A stretch of DNA of 61,556 nucleotides, filler included, from Hausera hauseri (Eukaryota): NCBI GenBank assembly GCA_046269625.1. It is 11 parts of 11 records of this genome, joined end to end, with 100 filler letters (N's around TTAATTAATTAA, not from the genome) between each part and the next. Parts side by side here need not be neighbours in the genome. Positions count along the whole stretch, not along the records: positions 10,606 to 14,545 come from JBJURY010871737.1; positions 14,646 to 20,003 come from JBJURY010272175.1; positions 20,104 to 26,285 come from JBJURY010128650.1; 8 more parts are not named here. One strand, 5' to 3'. The number at the start of each line of letters is the position of its first letter. Position 1 is the stretch's first letter. The position numbers and the translations under genes were made by a program. The notes beneath the pieces are model-generated. The model had not been told where the DNA came from, did not search any database, and was given only the letters and a program-made list of their open reading frames with translations. Below, piece by piece: positions 10,944 through 21,994 of this stretch.

Positions 10944-13900
10944 ATGGTATGATTAATTTTTTCACATTATTACTTTTTCATGGTTATTGAAATTTCATTT
11001 ATTGTACTAGTCATATACATTCGCCAGAAACATGCGAAAAAACAATGTCCAAATACTACGGTGCAGAGATCGACGGGTGTCAATTTTATATATGCCCAAC
11101 CTGTCAAGTGATTTCCGGACTACAATTCAATGTATTTCGACAACAACAAAAATCATCTCTCATACTTCAGGAAACCGAAAAAACTATCGTTCGAGAACAC
11201 AAGATGATAAACATGGCCAAACAATTTGGTCCAGAACAACAATTGCCAACATTATCCCGACAATTTCCAACAACACATCAACCAGCCAAACGGACAATCA
11301 AACCAGCCAAACGGCCAAACAATCAGACTAAACAGTCCATTCCGATGAGAAAAAATATGAAACTTAATGTACATTCTGTACAATCCTTGTGTTTTGATGT
11401 TGCACCCGACATTTTTATTTCTACTCGACTGACTGAAGAGATTCTGACTACTTTGCATATATACACTCTTCGGTTTCCATGTTGTAAGGTTTAGTACGGT
11501 CTTGAAATTCTTGAGAATTCTGAAGGTGACTTTAAGGAGGCTTATATTTCACACAGAGCTGTACCATATGGGCAATGTTACCCACAATCTGTAGCTGATA
11601 GTTTACAGGAGAAAATTGAGAATTTTGCTGAAATGGGCAGTGGGTGGAAGGTGGTTAAGGTATTGAAATACTGTTTTCATATAATCATAACTAGCCCACT
11701 ACCCTACTTATCTGGCAAATCCTATATTCCAACATCTGACACTGAAAATGCAATTGTCGTTATTAACGTCCAGAATGAGGACACTGTTTCTTATACTCAA
11801 TTCTCTCAGTGACCAAATATTCTCTGTTTGAAACTCATAGGAATAGGAATAGAGTTAGAAATTACACTCCTTATTTAAGCGAGCTGAAATATTCTTTGGA
11901 TGACATTCCGATGAAAATATGCAACATAGGAAAGTTTGAGAGGCAGAATCATCAGTTGTCAGTTAATGTTTTTGTTTCATGAGGGGGATGATATGGATTT
12001 TGATGAGGACATAGTGAAAAATCCATTTGTTGATATTTTGTATTGCAGCAAAAATCCGAATGGTACTGTAGTTAACTTGCTGATTTCGGCGAATGATGAT
12101 CACTTTCACTATGTTGCTGTTCCCAACCTTAATGGTTTATTGAATATTGACAGTAAGGAAATCCGTATTCAATGTAAACATTGGTCTGAGATGTGTCTGC
12201 ATGGTTTTAGGCTTGAAACTGCTTATGCTAAGCATTTGCCAATGTGTATGTCTTCTTCCAAGTACATGACTTTGTACAAAATGCCAGAAAATAAGTTTTG
12301 TGAATTTAAGGACTGGTCAAAATCTATACGTTGTATACGCGACTTTGAATCTATTTGTACTGGTGAAGCGGTTAAACATATTCATTTGCCTGCCTCAGCC
12401 GGTCTCTTGTTAGTTTCACCTACAGGTATTGAATATAGGTAATTTGTAGGTGAAAATTCTATAATCGAATTTCTGTCCTGCTTTGAGGAAATTGTTAAAA
12501 CATTAGTTTTCCCATGGTATGAAAGTGCCAAAAACCCAACAATCCCGTTAACAACCGCTGAGTGGTTTCGATTTAAAAACGCCACAGCATGTTACCTTTG
12601 CCACGAACAGGGCACCACATTTGTTCGTGATCACTGTCATGTTGCAGGTCAATACTTGGGTCCAGCGTGTAATAAGTGTAACTTAGCTAGACAGGTTAGG
12701 TATAATTTACCAGTCATGTTTCACAATTTGCGTGGATATGACCCGCATAATATCTTGAAATGCATTAAGTAAATTCGGAAGTTGGGAGTTAAGTATTATT
12801 CCACAAACAACAGAGAAGTTCCTAACAATGAGTGCAATGATTCACTGTTCGGGTAAAAAGTCAGTTACTGTTAAATTTCTGGACACTGTAGTTTTTGCCG
12901 GATTCACTGAAAATATGAGCCTCCAACTTAGATAGCTACCCATTGACAGAAATGGCTTTTCCTTTGGACATTGTTAAGGGAAAAGGTATATTTCCTTACA
13001 CTGCTGCAAAATCTTTCAGCGACTTGCAGTCCATTTTTGCATTACCATCAAAATGGGATTTTGTTACTGATAAAGATTATGAGGAAGCACAACTGGTTTG
13101 GTTAAGATATAGTTGTAGCTCGCTTTTGGATTATATGTTGATATATATGAAACTTGATGTGTTCGTGTTAGGTGATGTTTTTGAACGCTTTAGAAAGGAT
13201 GTTAAGTTGCGGGATGGTTTAGAGGCGGTTAACTTCGTTTCAATTTCCGGTTTATCTGGGGCGACGGCACTGAAAACCAGTCCATGTCGAACAGAACTTA
13301 TTCAGGACCCAGAAATGTACAATTTCTTTCAATCTGGTATTCGCGGTGGCATGACTTTTGTAAATAAGCATAGGGTTGTAACCGATGAAAGCACAGCCTA
13401 ATTTAACAATTGCCTTATATTGACCGTGTTACGGAAAAACGGGGTTTAGTATTTGAAGTCGACTTAACCATACCGGCTGACAAACATGATAAGTTGGACC
13501 AACTGTTTCTAGCCCCAATTAATAAATGTCCTCCTGGTTCAAAAGTTAAGAAATTGCTTCTGACACATGAGCGTAAGTCCAAATATGTTGTTCACTATCG
13601 CTTATTACAATTGTACATCGAGTTAGGTGTTGTAGTTGAAAAGGTACACCGGGCTGTTGAGTTTGACCAGGGTTTTGTATTCAAGGATTATATCGATTTA
13701 AATACTGCAAAGAGGGCTGCAGCAAATAATCCTTTTGAAAAAGACTTTTTAAGCTTAAAAACAATAGCTTAAATGGTTAAACCGTTGAAAATTTTCTGAA
13801 TAGGTCAAACCTGAGACTGTGCAATAATACTAAAAAGCTTGTTACATATGCTAGTAAGGTCCAGTTTAAAGAGAGCATTATAATAGCCGATGATCTGGTT

Positions 13901-14470
13901 GCCGTTCTCCTCGATAAGGACATAGTCACCTTAGATAGGCCTTCATAAATCGGTAAGGCCGTACTTGATCTATTCCAGTTACGGATGTATGAGCTGAATT
14001 ATATTGAGTTGGAAACGTATAGGCACCAGTTTCAGTGTGAACTTAATATTGTTGCTGGCGACAGATAGTTTTTTCCTTGAATGTCGTGGTATTGACTTAA
14101 AGTCACAACTGTTACCTGCAATGATAGCAAACGAGCAGTACTTGACTCGTTTCGTAGCTGTAATAAGCAAATTTAAAGATGAAAGTAAGCACTGCGTTTA
14201 GTATCAAGGGGCAATTTTCCTACGGCCCAAATCCTATGCCCTCAAAACCCAAACCAAATCAGTTCTCAAATGCAAGAGCAGATTTGCAGTATTACAACTA
14301 CCTACATGCTTATGAAACCGGTTGCAGCACAGCGGTGGATCAGGAACGAATTGGCACCAAAAACCACCAGCTTATGACAATCAGCTCAAAAAAGAAAGCA
14401 TAGGATCCATTCGATGACAAGCGCCAGTGGATTGACAAGAACAAGTGTCGCATATGGATATTATTGTACA
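10944..14470 (+). pseudogene. polB: Polinton/adintovirus-like protein-primed DNA polymerase B with N-terminal zinc fingers and inserted endonuclease VII-like domain
   Basis: N-terminal YYG..FYICPTC; exo I RDFES; endonuclease VII-like CYLCH..VRDHCHVAGQYLGPACNKCN; FHNLRGYD; KGIFPY; YMKLDVFVLGDVFERFR; GIRGG; KNNSLNG*TVEN; TDSFF; C-terminal DPFDDKR; AATAAA at ~14489. Many frameshifts. Confidence 0.9.
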
Positions 14471-14545
14471 AATGTATAATTTTTTACCAATAAATACTTC
14501 ATTCTTTACTGTCTTTGTTTTATTAATAATACTGTTTTGGTATTG

Positions 14546-14645
14546 NNNNNNNNNNNNNNNNNNNNNNNNNNNNNNNNNNNNNNNNNNNNTTAATTAATTA
14601 ANNNNNNNNNNNNNNNNNNNNNNNNNNNNNNNNNNNNNNNNNNNN
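14546..14645. other. Artificial contig linker
   Basis: N44-TTAATTAATTAA-N44. Confidence 0.99.
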
Positions 14646-16790
14646 TCTAACCTTCAATGCCCCGCAATATCCATCGGCGCCATGTTGCTTGCATACAACA
14701 GAAGTGGTCTCTTGCTACGCGCGGAAGCTAACTCACAGATCAACTGCACAATGAACGTCTCACTGGTAGGAGACCTATCTTTTGGGTTGTTCTTTAGTAT
14801 GATGGTCGAAAGTGGGAAAGAATTACTGATATCCACGACATCAAAAACTGTTGATTCATGTCAAGCCACCAATGCGACTGTTTCTACGTGCACGCTAACT
14901 CCCGCTATTGTTGTTGCATATTCCGTGCCCCCAGACTCACAGATTGATGCGTTGTTGAGCATGCTAGTGCCTCAACTTAATAAGATGATACACAAGACCC
15001 TATGTGGTTACGTCAATGACATAGCGAACATTCTACGTAACAATTCGATTTCTCCGGCATCCCCTCTACCACAACTACAAAAAGGTGCCACACCATTGTC
15101 TGGTTGGGCAATATCGCGGTCGATTGTTTCAGTATTGAACAAGGCACCACGTAACTTTGGAGTTGTATTCCTAGCCTCATTGATATCTGCTACCGGGTTA
15201 CATGTCAACGTGACAAATAAGCAGGCGTTAGATATTTCGAGTCAGTACGGAAGGCTGCAGGTCTCTGCCGGGGGTGGTGCCAGTTTGGATCTAGTGGTAC
15301 CGAAGCTCATCTGTGGTGATGAGTATGACTGCACGTTAGTGAAAGGTATTGAGTTGATCAATATCAGGATATTGAATGGGGGTGGGTTGGAGAAACTAAT
15401 ACAGGAGGGTGTTAATTTTGCACTGCCGTTAGTGAATAAGATGTTTTTGAACGACAAGCGCGTCAACATTGTTGTTGCAACAGAGACTTTTAAACCTCCG
15501 CTATGGGTACTTGCAACTTTCATTCCATTGCTGTTTTTTTTTTCAGTTTTCTGTATTGTGTATGGCAGTTACCGGACCCTCCGATTGCACTCAGCGACAA
15601 TGGGTGACGAACCTACCACCGTAAACAAAACGCGCGTAATTTGTGAGAATGTATTTGTGACGGTAGCGTGTACCGGTGTCGCCTGCATGTTCATATGGTC
15701 GAACACAACGACGAATGCTGTCATTTTGATTGCAGACAACATACCTTACCTTTCCTTTTCCTTGATTGAGGCTGTGAAGAGACTATGGGAGGGTGGGCTG
15801 AAACCTCTTGCTGTTCTTATTTGTTTGTTCAGTTGTATCTACCCGTATGTGAAGCTGTTGTGTATAATATTTTTTGTTGTGATTGTCCGCCAGCCGCATC
15901 ATGTTGTCTTGACTATTATTGACATGTTTGGTGTCTTCTCGTTTCTCGATTTCTTTGTGATGGTTATGCTGGAGAATGCTTTTGCTGTTGAAGGACTTGT
16001 CGCAGTTCATCTGAAGCCATCATTCTATGTGTTTTTGTTCGCTACATTCATGTCTGTATTAATTGGCAATATTGTGACACATGGGATTTTTGATGGTGTA
16101 AATGGTTTGTTTAAGGCGGATGCTCCAACGGTGATAAAGAAGCGTGGCAAACCTACTCATGATGATGATGATGATGACTTTGAAAGCAATTATTATAACG
16201 CTATTGAGGACGGTGATACTGCTTTTGTTGATTGGTCAGTGCCGCGTGAAGCATCGGCACAGCGTGGTTATTTGATGAGAATATTCCTGAAGTGGGACTG
16301 GTGTTGTGCTCTCCCATCACTCGCAATCATTGTTGTGTCATCCGTTCTCATCATGATCTTTCCGATTGTGCGCTTTAACTTCACAGATATTGTTAGCTCA
16401 ATATATGGGAAAGAGCAGTATCGGTCATTCTGGACTCTTTTTAGCTCGTCAAATGCATATCTTCAGGCTCTTGCCGTATTGATTGTTGTTGCGGCACCAA
16501 TAGGATACGTTCTCTTTACACCACATATGGAATTACTTGGTGCTTGGTGTGCTATCACTGTGTTCCTGCTTTCCTGCATTGCCGGAATGTTGCAGCTTGG
16601 ACAGACCATTACTTTTGATTTCATGGGTCGGTGGGTATCACTCTATGCTGTTACATGCACGCTCTTGTGGCCTCTGATACTTATGGTGTTCGCAATGCTT
16701 GTAATGTGGATACACTCACTGAGACAAATAACCGGTGTCAACTTACTCTCCGTTCTCAAGGCGAAGATCATTAGATTGAATGACTCGTGA
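14646..16790 (+). CDS. Kinetoplastid-type PqiA/LetA-like multipass membrane protein with N-terminal BPI/TULIP-like ectodomain (5'-truncated)
   Basis: PqiA motifs FSLIEAVKRLWEGG..LFSCIYPYVKL..IDMFGVFSFLDFFV plus a second PqiA-like half. The frame is open to the contig edge (SNLQCPAISIGAM aligns with the paralog). Confidence 0.8.
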   Translation, partial: SNLQCPAISIGAMLLAYNRSGLLLRAEANSQINCTMNVSLVGDLSFGLFFSMMVESGKELLISTTSKTVDSCQATNATVSTCTLTPAIVVAYSVPPDSQIDALLSMLVPQLNKMIHKTLCGYVNDIANILRNNSISPASPLPQLQKGATPLSGWAISRSIVSVLNKAPRNFGVVFLASLISATGLHVNVTNKQALDISSQYGRLQVSAGGGASLDLVVPKLICGDEYDCTLVKGIELINIRILNGGGLEKLIQEGVNFALPLVNKMFLNDKRVNIVVATETFKPPLWVLATFIPLLFFFSVFCIVYGSYRTLRLHSATMGDEPTTVNKTRVICENVFVTVACTGVACMFIWSNTTTNAVILIADNIPYLSFSLIEAVKRLWEGGLKPLAVLICLFSCIYPYVKLLCIIFFVVIVRQPHHVVLTIIDMFGVFSFLDFFVMVMLENAFAVEGLVAVHLKPSFYVFLFATFMSVLIGNIVTHGIFDGVNGLFKADAPTVIKKRGKPTHDDDDDDFESNYYNAIEDGDTAFVDWSVPREASAQRGYLMRIFLKWDWCCALPSLAIIVVSSVLIMIFPIVRFNFTDIVSSIYGKEQYRSFWTLFSSSNAYLQALAVLIVVAAPIGYVLFTPHMELLGAWCAITVFLLSCIAGMLQLGQTITFDFMGRWVSLYAVTCTLLWPLILMVFAMLVMWIHSLRQITGVNLLSVLKAKIIRLNDS

Positions 16791-17107
16791 TGCTAATTTC
16801 CTGACGTAACGATGTTATTTGTATACACTGTTATGGAATTCATAGAAGGTTACACTTGCTCGACAACCTCTTTTTCTTTTTTTTTTTTTTTCAAAGCACT
16901 ATCAGAAGGAGCCGATGGTGTGATATTGCCAAGCAAACGACGGTTGATCTTTGTCTCCACGCGTTACCCATTCTGTCGATTGTAAGAGCTTAAGTGAACG
17001 GTTTTTTTTTTTTTCTCTTTCTTAGCCGTCATCGAATTTCCCATCAATAATTTATTGCTTAACATGACATTCGTTTTATTTTTGTTACATTGGATCTCGT
17101 ATAAGTT

Positions 17108-17184
17108 TAGAGGATATATCATACACAATATTTGTGTAACTTGACAGCATAAATGGTAGAATTATTGCTGTGGTATGTTTAAAA
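17108..17184 (+). repeat. 77-bp intergenic repeat identical to 19927-20003 (tandem gene array)
   Basis: TAGAGGATATATCATACAC...GGTATGTTTAAAA occurs twice, downstream of each gene. Confidence 0.95.
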
Positions 17185-17389
17185 CTTCTTTCATTTATTT
17201 TGTTTGTTGCCTTCCATTTTTTTCATTTGCATGCTTCATGTGATTGCTTGTTTACCGGCACACCACGATGTACCTATTCCTTCCCCATCCATAATTTAGT
17301 CACGTGTGTTTGATTGTGCATCATACTCTCAACACAGTTAGTAGCCTACATTCTATAAACATAAATAGGAAACGAACATCGTTTTGAAC

Positions 17390-17435
17390 TTGTTTTTGTT
17401 TTTTTGTTTTTCTTTTTCCATATCTTTTCTCTGAG
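17390..17435 (+). promoter_or_regulatory. Polypyrimidine tract plus AG, likely trans-splice acceptor
   Basis: TTGTTTTTGTTTTTTTGTTTTTCTTTTTCCATATCTTTTCTCTGAG ~65 nt upstream of the ATG at 17499, in a co-oriented intronless tandem array. Confidence 0.5.
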
Positions 17436-17498
17436 CTGTCATCCGGCTGCGCATACGAACACTATTACGGTCAACATAAACGCCACTACCCCTGAAAG

Positions 17499-19610
17499 AT
17501 GAGCTTGATGTGCCTGTCAGTTTCCCTACTGCTTACACTGGCGAATGTGTTCACGCACTTGTCTCTCCCTAGCCTTAATGTTTCTATCCCTGTTGCTGCC
17601 CTGGGTGGAAATATTGGATTGTCTAACCTTAAATGCCCCGCAATATCCATTGGCGCCATATCGCTTGCATACAACAGAAGTGGTCTCTTGCTACGCGCGG
17701 AAACGAACTCACAGATTAACTGCACAATGAACGTCGCGCTGCCAGGAAATCCACCAGCGCCAGTTTTTTTCAGTGTTGTCATGAAGGCTGGGCAGGACTT
17801 GGTTATATCCACGACATCAAAAACTGTTGATTCTTGTCAAGCTGTGACTGCCACTGTCTCTAGGTGCACGCTGGCGCCTACCTTTGTATATATGAACTAT
17901 GCGAACAACTCAGAAATGAATGCCCTCATCACTCAAATTTTACCGATGATAAACTCGCAAATACGCGAAAAACTGTGTAGTTATGCGCAGAACATCAGTT
18001 CGATCCTTACAAACAATAGCACTCCTCCGACAACCCCTCAGCCGCCACTCGAGAAAGGTGCAACACCTTTGTCTGGCTGGGCAATAGCCCGGGCGATAGT
18101 GACAATAATGAACAATGTGCCAGAAGTGTACGGTGTAAGGTTGCATGGGTCGCTGGTTTCCCTTACAGGGTTACATGTCGAGGCAAATAATAATAATGCC
18201 GTAAATATTTCGAGTCAGTACGGAAGGCTGCAGGTCTCTGCTGGGGGTGGTGCGAGTTTGGATCTAGTGGTACCGAAGCTCATCTGTGGTGATGAGTACG
18301 ACTGCACGTTAGTGAAAGGCCTCGCTGTGATGAATATCAGGATATTGAATGGAGGCGGGTTGGCAAAAGTAGTGCAGGAGGGTGTTAATTTTGCACTGCC
18401 ATTGGTGAATAAGATGTTTTTGAACGACAGGCGGGTCAATATTACTGTTGCAAGAGAATCGTCTAACCATCCGCTATGGGTGATTGCTACTTTCATTCCA
18501 TTTCTGTGTGTTTTTGCAGTGTTCTGTATTGTGTATGGCAGTTACCGGACTTTCCGATTGCAATCCTCTACCGAGAATAATGAATTTATCTCTGAGAGCA
18601 AGGTACGCGTGATTTGTGAGAATGTGTTTGTGACGGTAGCGTGTACCGCTGTCGCCTACATGTTCCTATGGTCGAATACAACGACGAACGCAACTATTGT
18701 AATCGGGAGGAATATTCCTTATTTTTCCTTTTCGCTCGTGAATTCCGTACAAGACTTATGGAACGCTGGGCTAGTGGCCCTCTCAGTTTTGGTCTGCATT
18801 TTCAGCGGTATCTATCCGTACGTGAAACTGTTGTGCTTAGTTTATTTCTTTGTAATTCTTCGGAAACCAACTCATGTGTTGCTGAAGACCATTGACATGT
18901 TCGGTGTCTTCTCGTTTCTAGATTTCTTTGTAATGATCATTCTCAAGAACGGACTCGAGGTTCCTGGCGTTGCCGAGGTAGTCATTGGGCCGCCATTCTA
19001 TCTATTTGTGATTGCGACAGTTTTGTCTGTCTTGCTTGGCAATATTGTGACATATGGCTTTTCGCTCAATTGTGGCCGGCCAACCGTTAAGCAACTGAAG
19101 GAGGCATTTTCAACGTGGGATTGGTTGTTTGCGCTGCCATTAACCTCCGTTATTGTGGTGTCATCTGTGCTCATTATGGTGTTTCCTATTGTCCGTTTCA
19201 ACATTTCCGGTATATCCGCCGCAATCTTTGGGGATTCAATTAACAGGACATTCTGGACGCTTCTGAATTTGTCTGACGGCTTCCTCATCTTTGTTGGGTT
19301 ATGGACCGTTCTCGCTGCCCCGGTGTTGTATGTTCTCATTACACCTCACCTGCAGTTCATCGGGTCATGGGCTGCTACCACAGTGTTCTTGTTGGCCTGT
19401 CTGGCTGGACTATTGCAGTTGGAACAATATGTAAGCTTTATAATAGGTGGGTCACTGCGTTCTTTGTTCAATGTTACTTGCCATCTGCTCTGGCCTCTTA
19501 TTCCAATGACGATTTCGATGCTTGTGACATGGGTTCGGTTTTTACGGCAGATTCTTGGTGAGGAACGGATAGCTGCCTTAAAGGCGAGACTCACACATCG
19601 AAACGCGTAG
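17499..19610 (+). CDS. PqiA/LetA-like multipass membrane protein with signal peptide and BPI/TULIP-like ectodomain (paralog 2)
   Basis: Signal peptide MSLMCLSVSLLLTLA; many N-x-S/T sequons; VSRCTL...INSQIREKLC Cys pair; FSLVNSVQDLWNAG, FSGIYPYVKL, FSFLDFFV; second half IGSWAATTVFLLA. Confidence 0.85.
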   Translation: MSLMCLSVSLLLTLANVFTHLSLPSLNVSIPVAALGGNIGLSNLKCPAISIGAISLAYNRSGLLLRAETNSQINCTMNVALPGNPPAPVFFSVVMKAGQDLVISTTSKTVDSCQAVTATVSRCTLAPTFVYMNYANNSEMNALITQILPMINSQIREKLCSYAQNISSILTNNSTPPTTPQPPLEKGATPLSGWAIARAIVTIMNNVPEVYGVRLHGSLVSLTGLHVEANNNNAVNISSQYGRLQVSAGGGASLDLVVPKLICGDEYDCTLVKGLAVMNIRILNGGGLAKVVQEGVNFALPLVNKMFLNDRRVNITVARESSNHPLWVIATFIPFLCVFAVFCIVYGSYRTFRLQSSTENNEFISESKVRVICENVFVTVACTAVAYMFLWSNTTTNATIVIGRNIPYFSFSLVNSVQDLWNAGLVALSVLVCIFSGIYPYVKLLCLVYFFVILRKPTHVLLKTIDMFGVFSFLDFFVMIILKNGLEVPGVAEVVIGPPFYLFVIATVLSVLLGNIVTYGFSLNCGRPTVKQLKEAFSTWDWLFALPLTSVIVVSSVLIMVFPIVRFNISGISAAIFGDSINRTFWTLLNLSDGFLIFVGLWTVLAAPVLYVLITPHLQFIGSWAATTVFLLACLAGLLQLEQYVSFIIGGSLRSLFNVTCHLLWPLIPMTISMLVTWVRFLRQILGEERIAALKARLTHRNA

Positions 19611-20003
19611 CATCGTTCATTTATTTTTTTTTTTTTGCACTTGCTACTCAGGCATATCCGATCGGTGCTACTAGAAAGGATCAATCTTCTAATTTGATTT
19701 TGCACATTATTTAACAAATAGATGTAGATAGCATATGATGCAATGATGGTGATAGCAATATTGCTTACCCTTGTCTCAAGATACATATTACAGTGGCTAC
19801 TTGCCAATCTGATGGTGGAAACGTTTGTTTCCTTGTGTGTATGCCATCGCACGTTTAAGAAACTGTTTCTTGCTTAGTATTATTTTTTCCTGCTTTATTT
19901 TCTTTACACTTCATGTTGTGTAAATCTAGAGGATATATCATACACAATATTTGTGTAACTTGACAGCATAAATGGTAGAATTATTGCTGTGGTATGTTTA
20001 AAA

Positions 20004-20103
20004 NNNNNNNNNNNNNNNNNNNNNNNNNNNNNNNNNNNNNNNNNNNNTTAATTAATTAANNNNNNNNNNNNNNNNNNNNNNNNNNNNNNNNNNNNNNNNN
20101 NNN
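20004..20103. other. Artificial contig linker
   Basis: N44-TTAATTAATTAA-N44. Confidence 0.99.
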
Positions 20104-21775
20104 GCTCCTGAGTCTATAAGGAAGTCGATATGTGAAGTATCTCTGCATAACAGTACAGCTTTCAACAGAAAGACTGCAGAGGCGGTGTTGAAACGTCCAG
20201 AAGATTGAGCGATATTGCCTGCGCCAGAATGTGCCGTAAAATTTGGCGGCATTATTAGTCTTTGAAGTTTTTGGAGAAAAGGAAGAAGAGGAAGAAATGC
20301 GAGGAGATTATCGTTGTAATGTTTACAACCAGGCACGCATGATCTAATCTGTGACTGAAACTTATTGTGGTAGACACAAATAGGGTTGTCCACAGCGTAC
20401 CGTTTGCTGTAGAACTGACAACCCAAAAAGCATTTCCTAGCATCCCTTCGAAATCGCGTGTGTCAGAAACAAGTCATGCGTCCGCTAGGTGAAATGGATC
20501 GAGCAGAATGTCTGGAAATGGTTCTCTCCCTTGAAGATGTAATTTCACTTCGTCGAGGCCCATTACGATTATTTAGTTGGGTAGTAATGGCCGAAATCGA
20601 CTGCTGTAACTTGTCAAACTGTTGCTGCATCATTTTCAGTTGTTTAGTAAAAATATTGTGTCTGTAATTGGAGCACAAGTGGTTGCAGCCGCAATAGGGA
20701 GAGAACTGTTGGTATGAAGAATCTCAAAGGATTTGTCAGCCATTATTGCCTATTTTTCGATAGCAGAAGACTCGTCAACAACGGTGCGTAAGGCTCTGAT
20801 TGAGCTGGGCAAAGACGATAAGAAATAACGGCGAATTAAATCCGCATTATTCGTAGGTGTCACTCCTAGCGTGCTGAGCTTCAGAATGGCCATTTGGAGA
20901 AAGTCGGATGGCTTTTGGCTTCCTATCGCGTGGTCATTAAAGTACTCTTGAATTATATTGTCAATCGAAGGATCCGTGACATGCAGTACAGCTTCACAGA
21001 GAGTCTCGTAAGGTGTCGAGGATTTTAGCAGCTTGTAGATATTATTAATCTGCTGCTTGACGTTGGCAGGCAGAAGAATTAAAAGGCTATTGGCTCGCAC
21101 AAAAGAATCAGTAATTTTGCTCGATTTTAGCCACTGTTGGCGGAATTGGAGCCGTGGTTTGCTGGAGTTGTTTTTGTCGAGGAAAAATTCCACACAAGGT
21201 AAATTTAATGACCCTCGTGACTGTTGGGAAGGTGATAAACGATAGACGTTGCCTGTACTTGTAAATTTGTCATCCGAGAAGGATGGGTTTGGGTCCGATC
21301 CACCTCAAAAGCGAAAATGGAGCACCAGGTGGATGATGGGACGTTCATGGTATGTGAAAAGGAAAAGAGAGTCAGAAGGATGTATTATAAGCCCTTGATA
21401 TGTGAAATAGAAATCAGAAGTGTTATATGATGAGGACAAAGCGTTATATAAGAACTGTGCTGTCTCGTTGAGTGGAGCTTTTAAGGTTGTAATATGTTGA
21501 TTGTAGCTAAAGACCAGGAAGGATAATTGTAATGAGTTCGTCCCAGGGGAACGATGAAATGCACGAGGGGCTTGGGTGGTTACCTTTTGGGTTAAGAAGC
21601 GGTTCGAGCGTACAGCAGGGATAGCGGTGACAAGTATTGAATGAGATGAAAGAAGATCTAAGGTTTTTGAGCTCAAAAGGTTTTCAAAATTGAGATTGGT
21701 GTTGGTTATCAAAGATTTATGAGAGCGCAAAAAATGGCCGCACTGGTGGGCGCAAACAAATGAAAAAAACTTCAC
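20104..21775 (-). mobile_element. CsRN1-like Ty3/gypsy 5' part: UBL-GG-Gag (two CHCC motifs)-protease; degenerate
   Basis: UBL ..FYFTYQGLII..IIHLVLHFRF*GG is in frame with Gag (TPYETLCEAVL, IGSQKPSDFL, FLSSLPSSIR). CF*HTRF..ARKCFLGC and CVYHNKF..RSCVPGC follow, then protease FLIDSGA at the contig edge. Confidence 0.85.
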
Positions 21776-21994
21776 CCACCTGTGTCTAGATGCCTCTGAT
21801 GATGGAGTGTCTGCCGATCAATCGGTGAGGTTGCTGTCAACTCGCGGTATGTCCGTAGAATCAATACAGTGGTCTGGTCCAGAAAGGCCGAAGTCCAATA
21901 CATGACAGCAAGCGGCGACTGGATAGACATACACATGTGTTTCCGGTGAATTGCACATTGGGAAATCGCTGGGACTGTGATTCTTTTTTTATTA

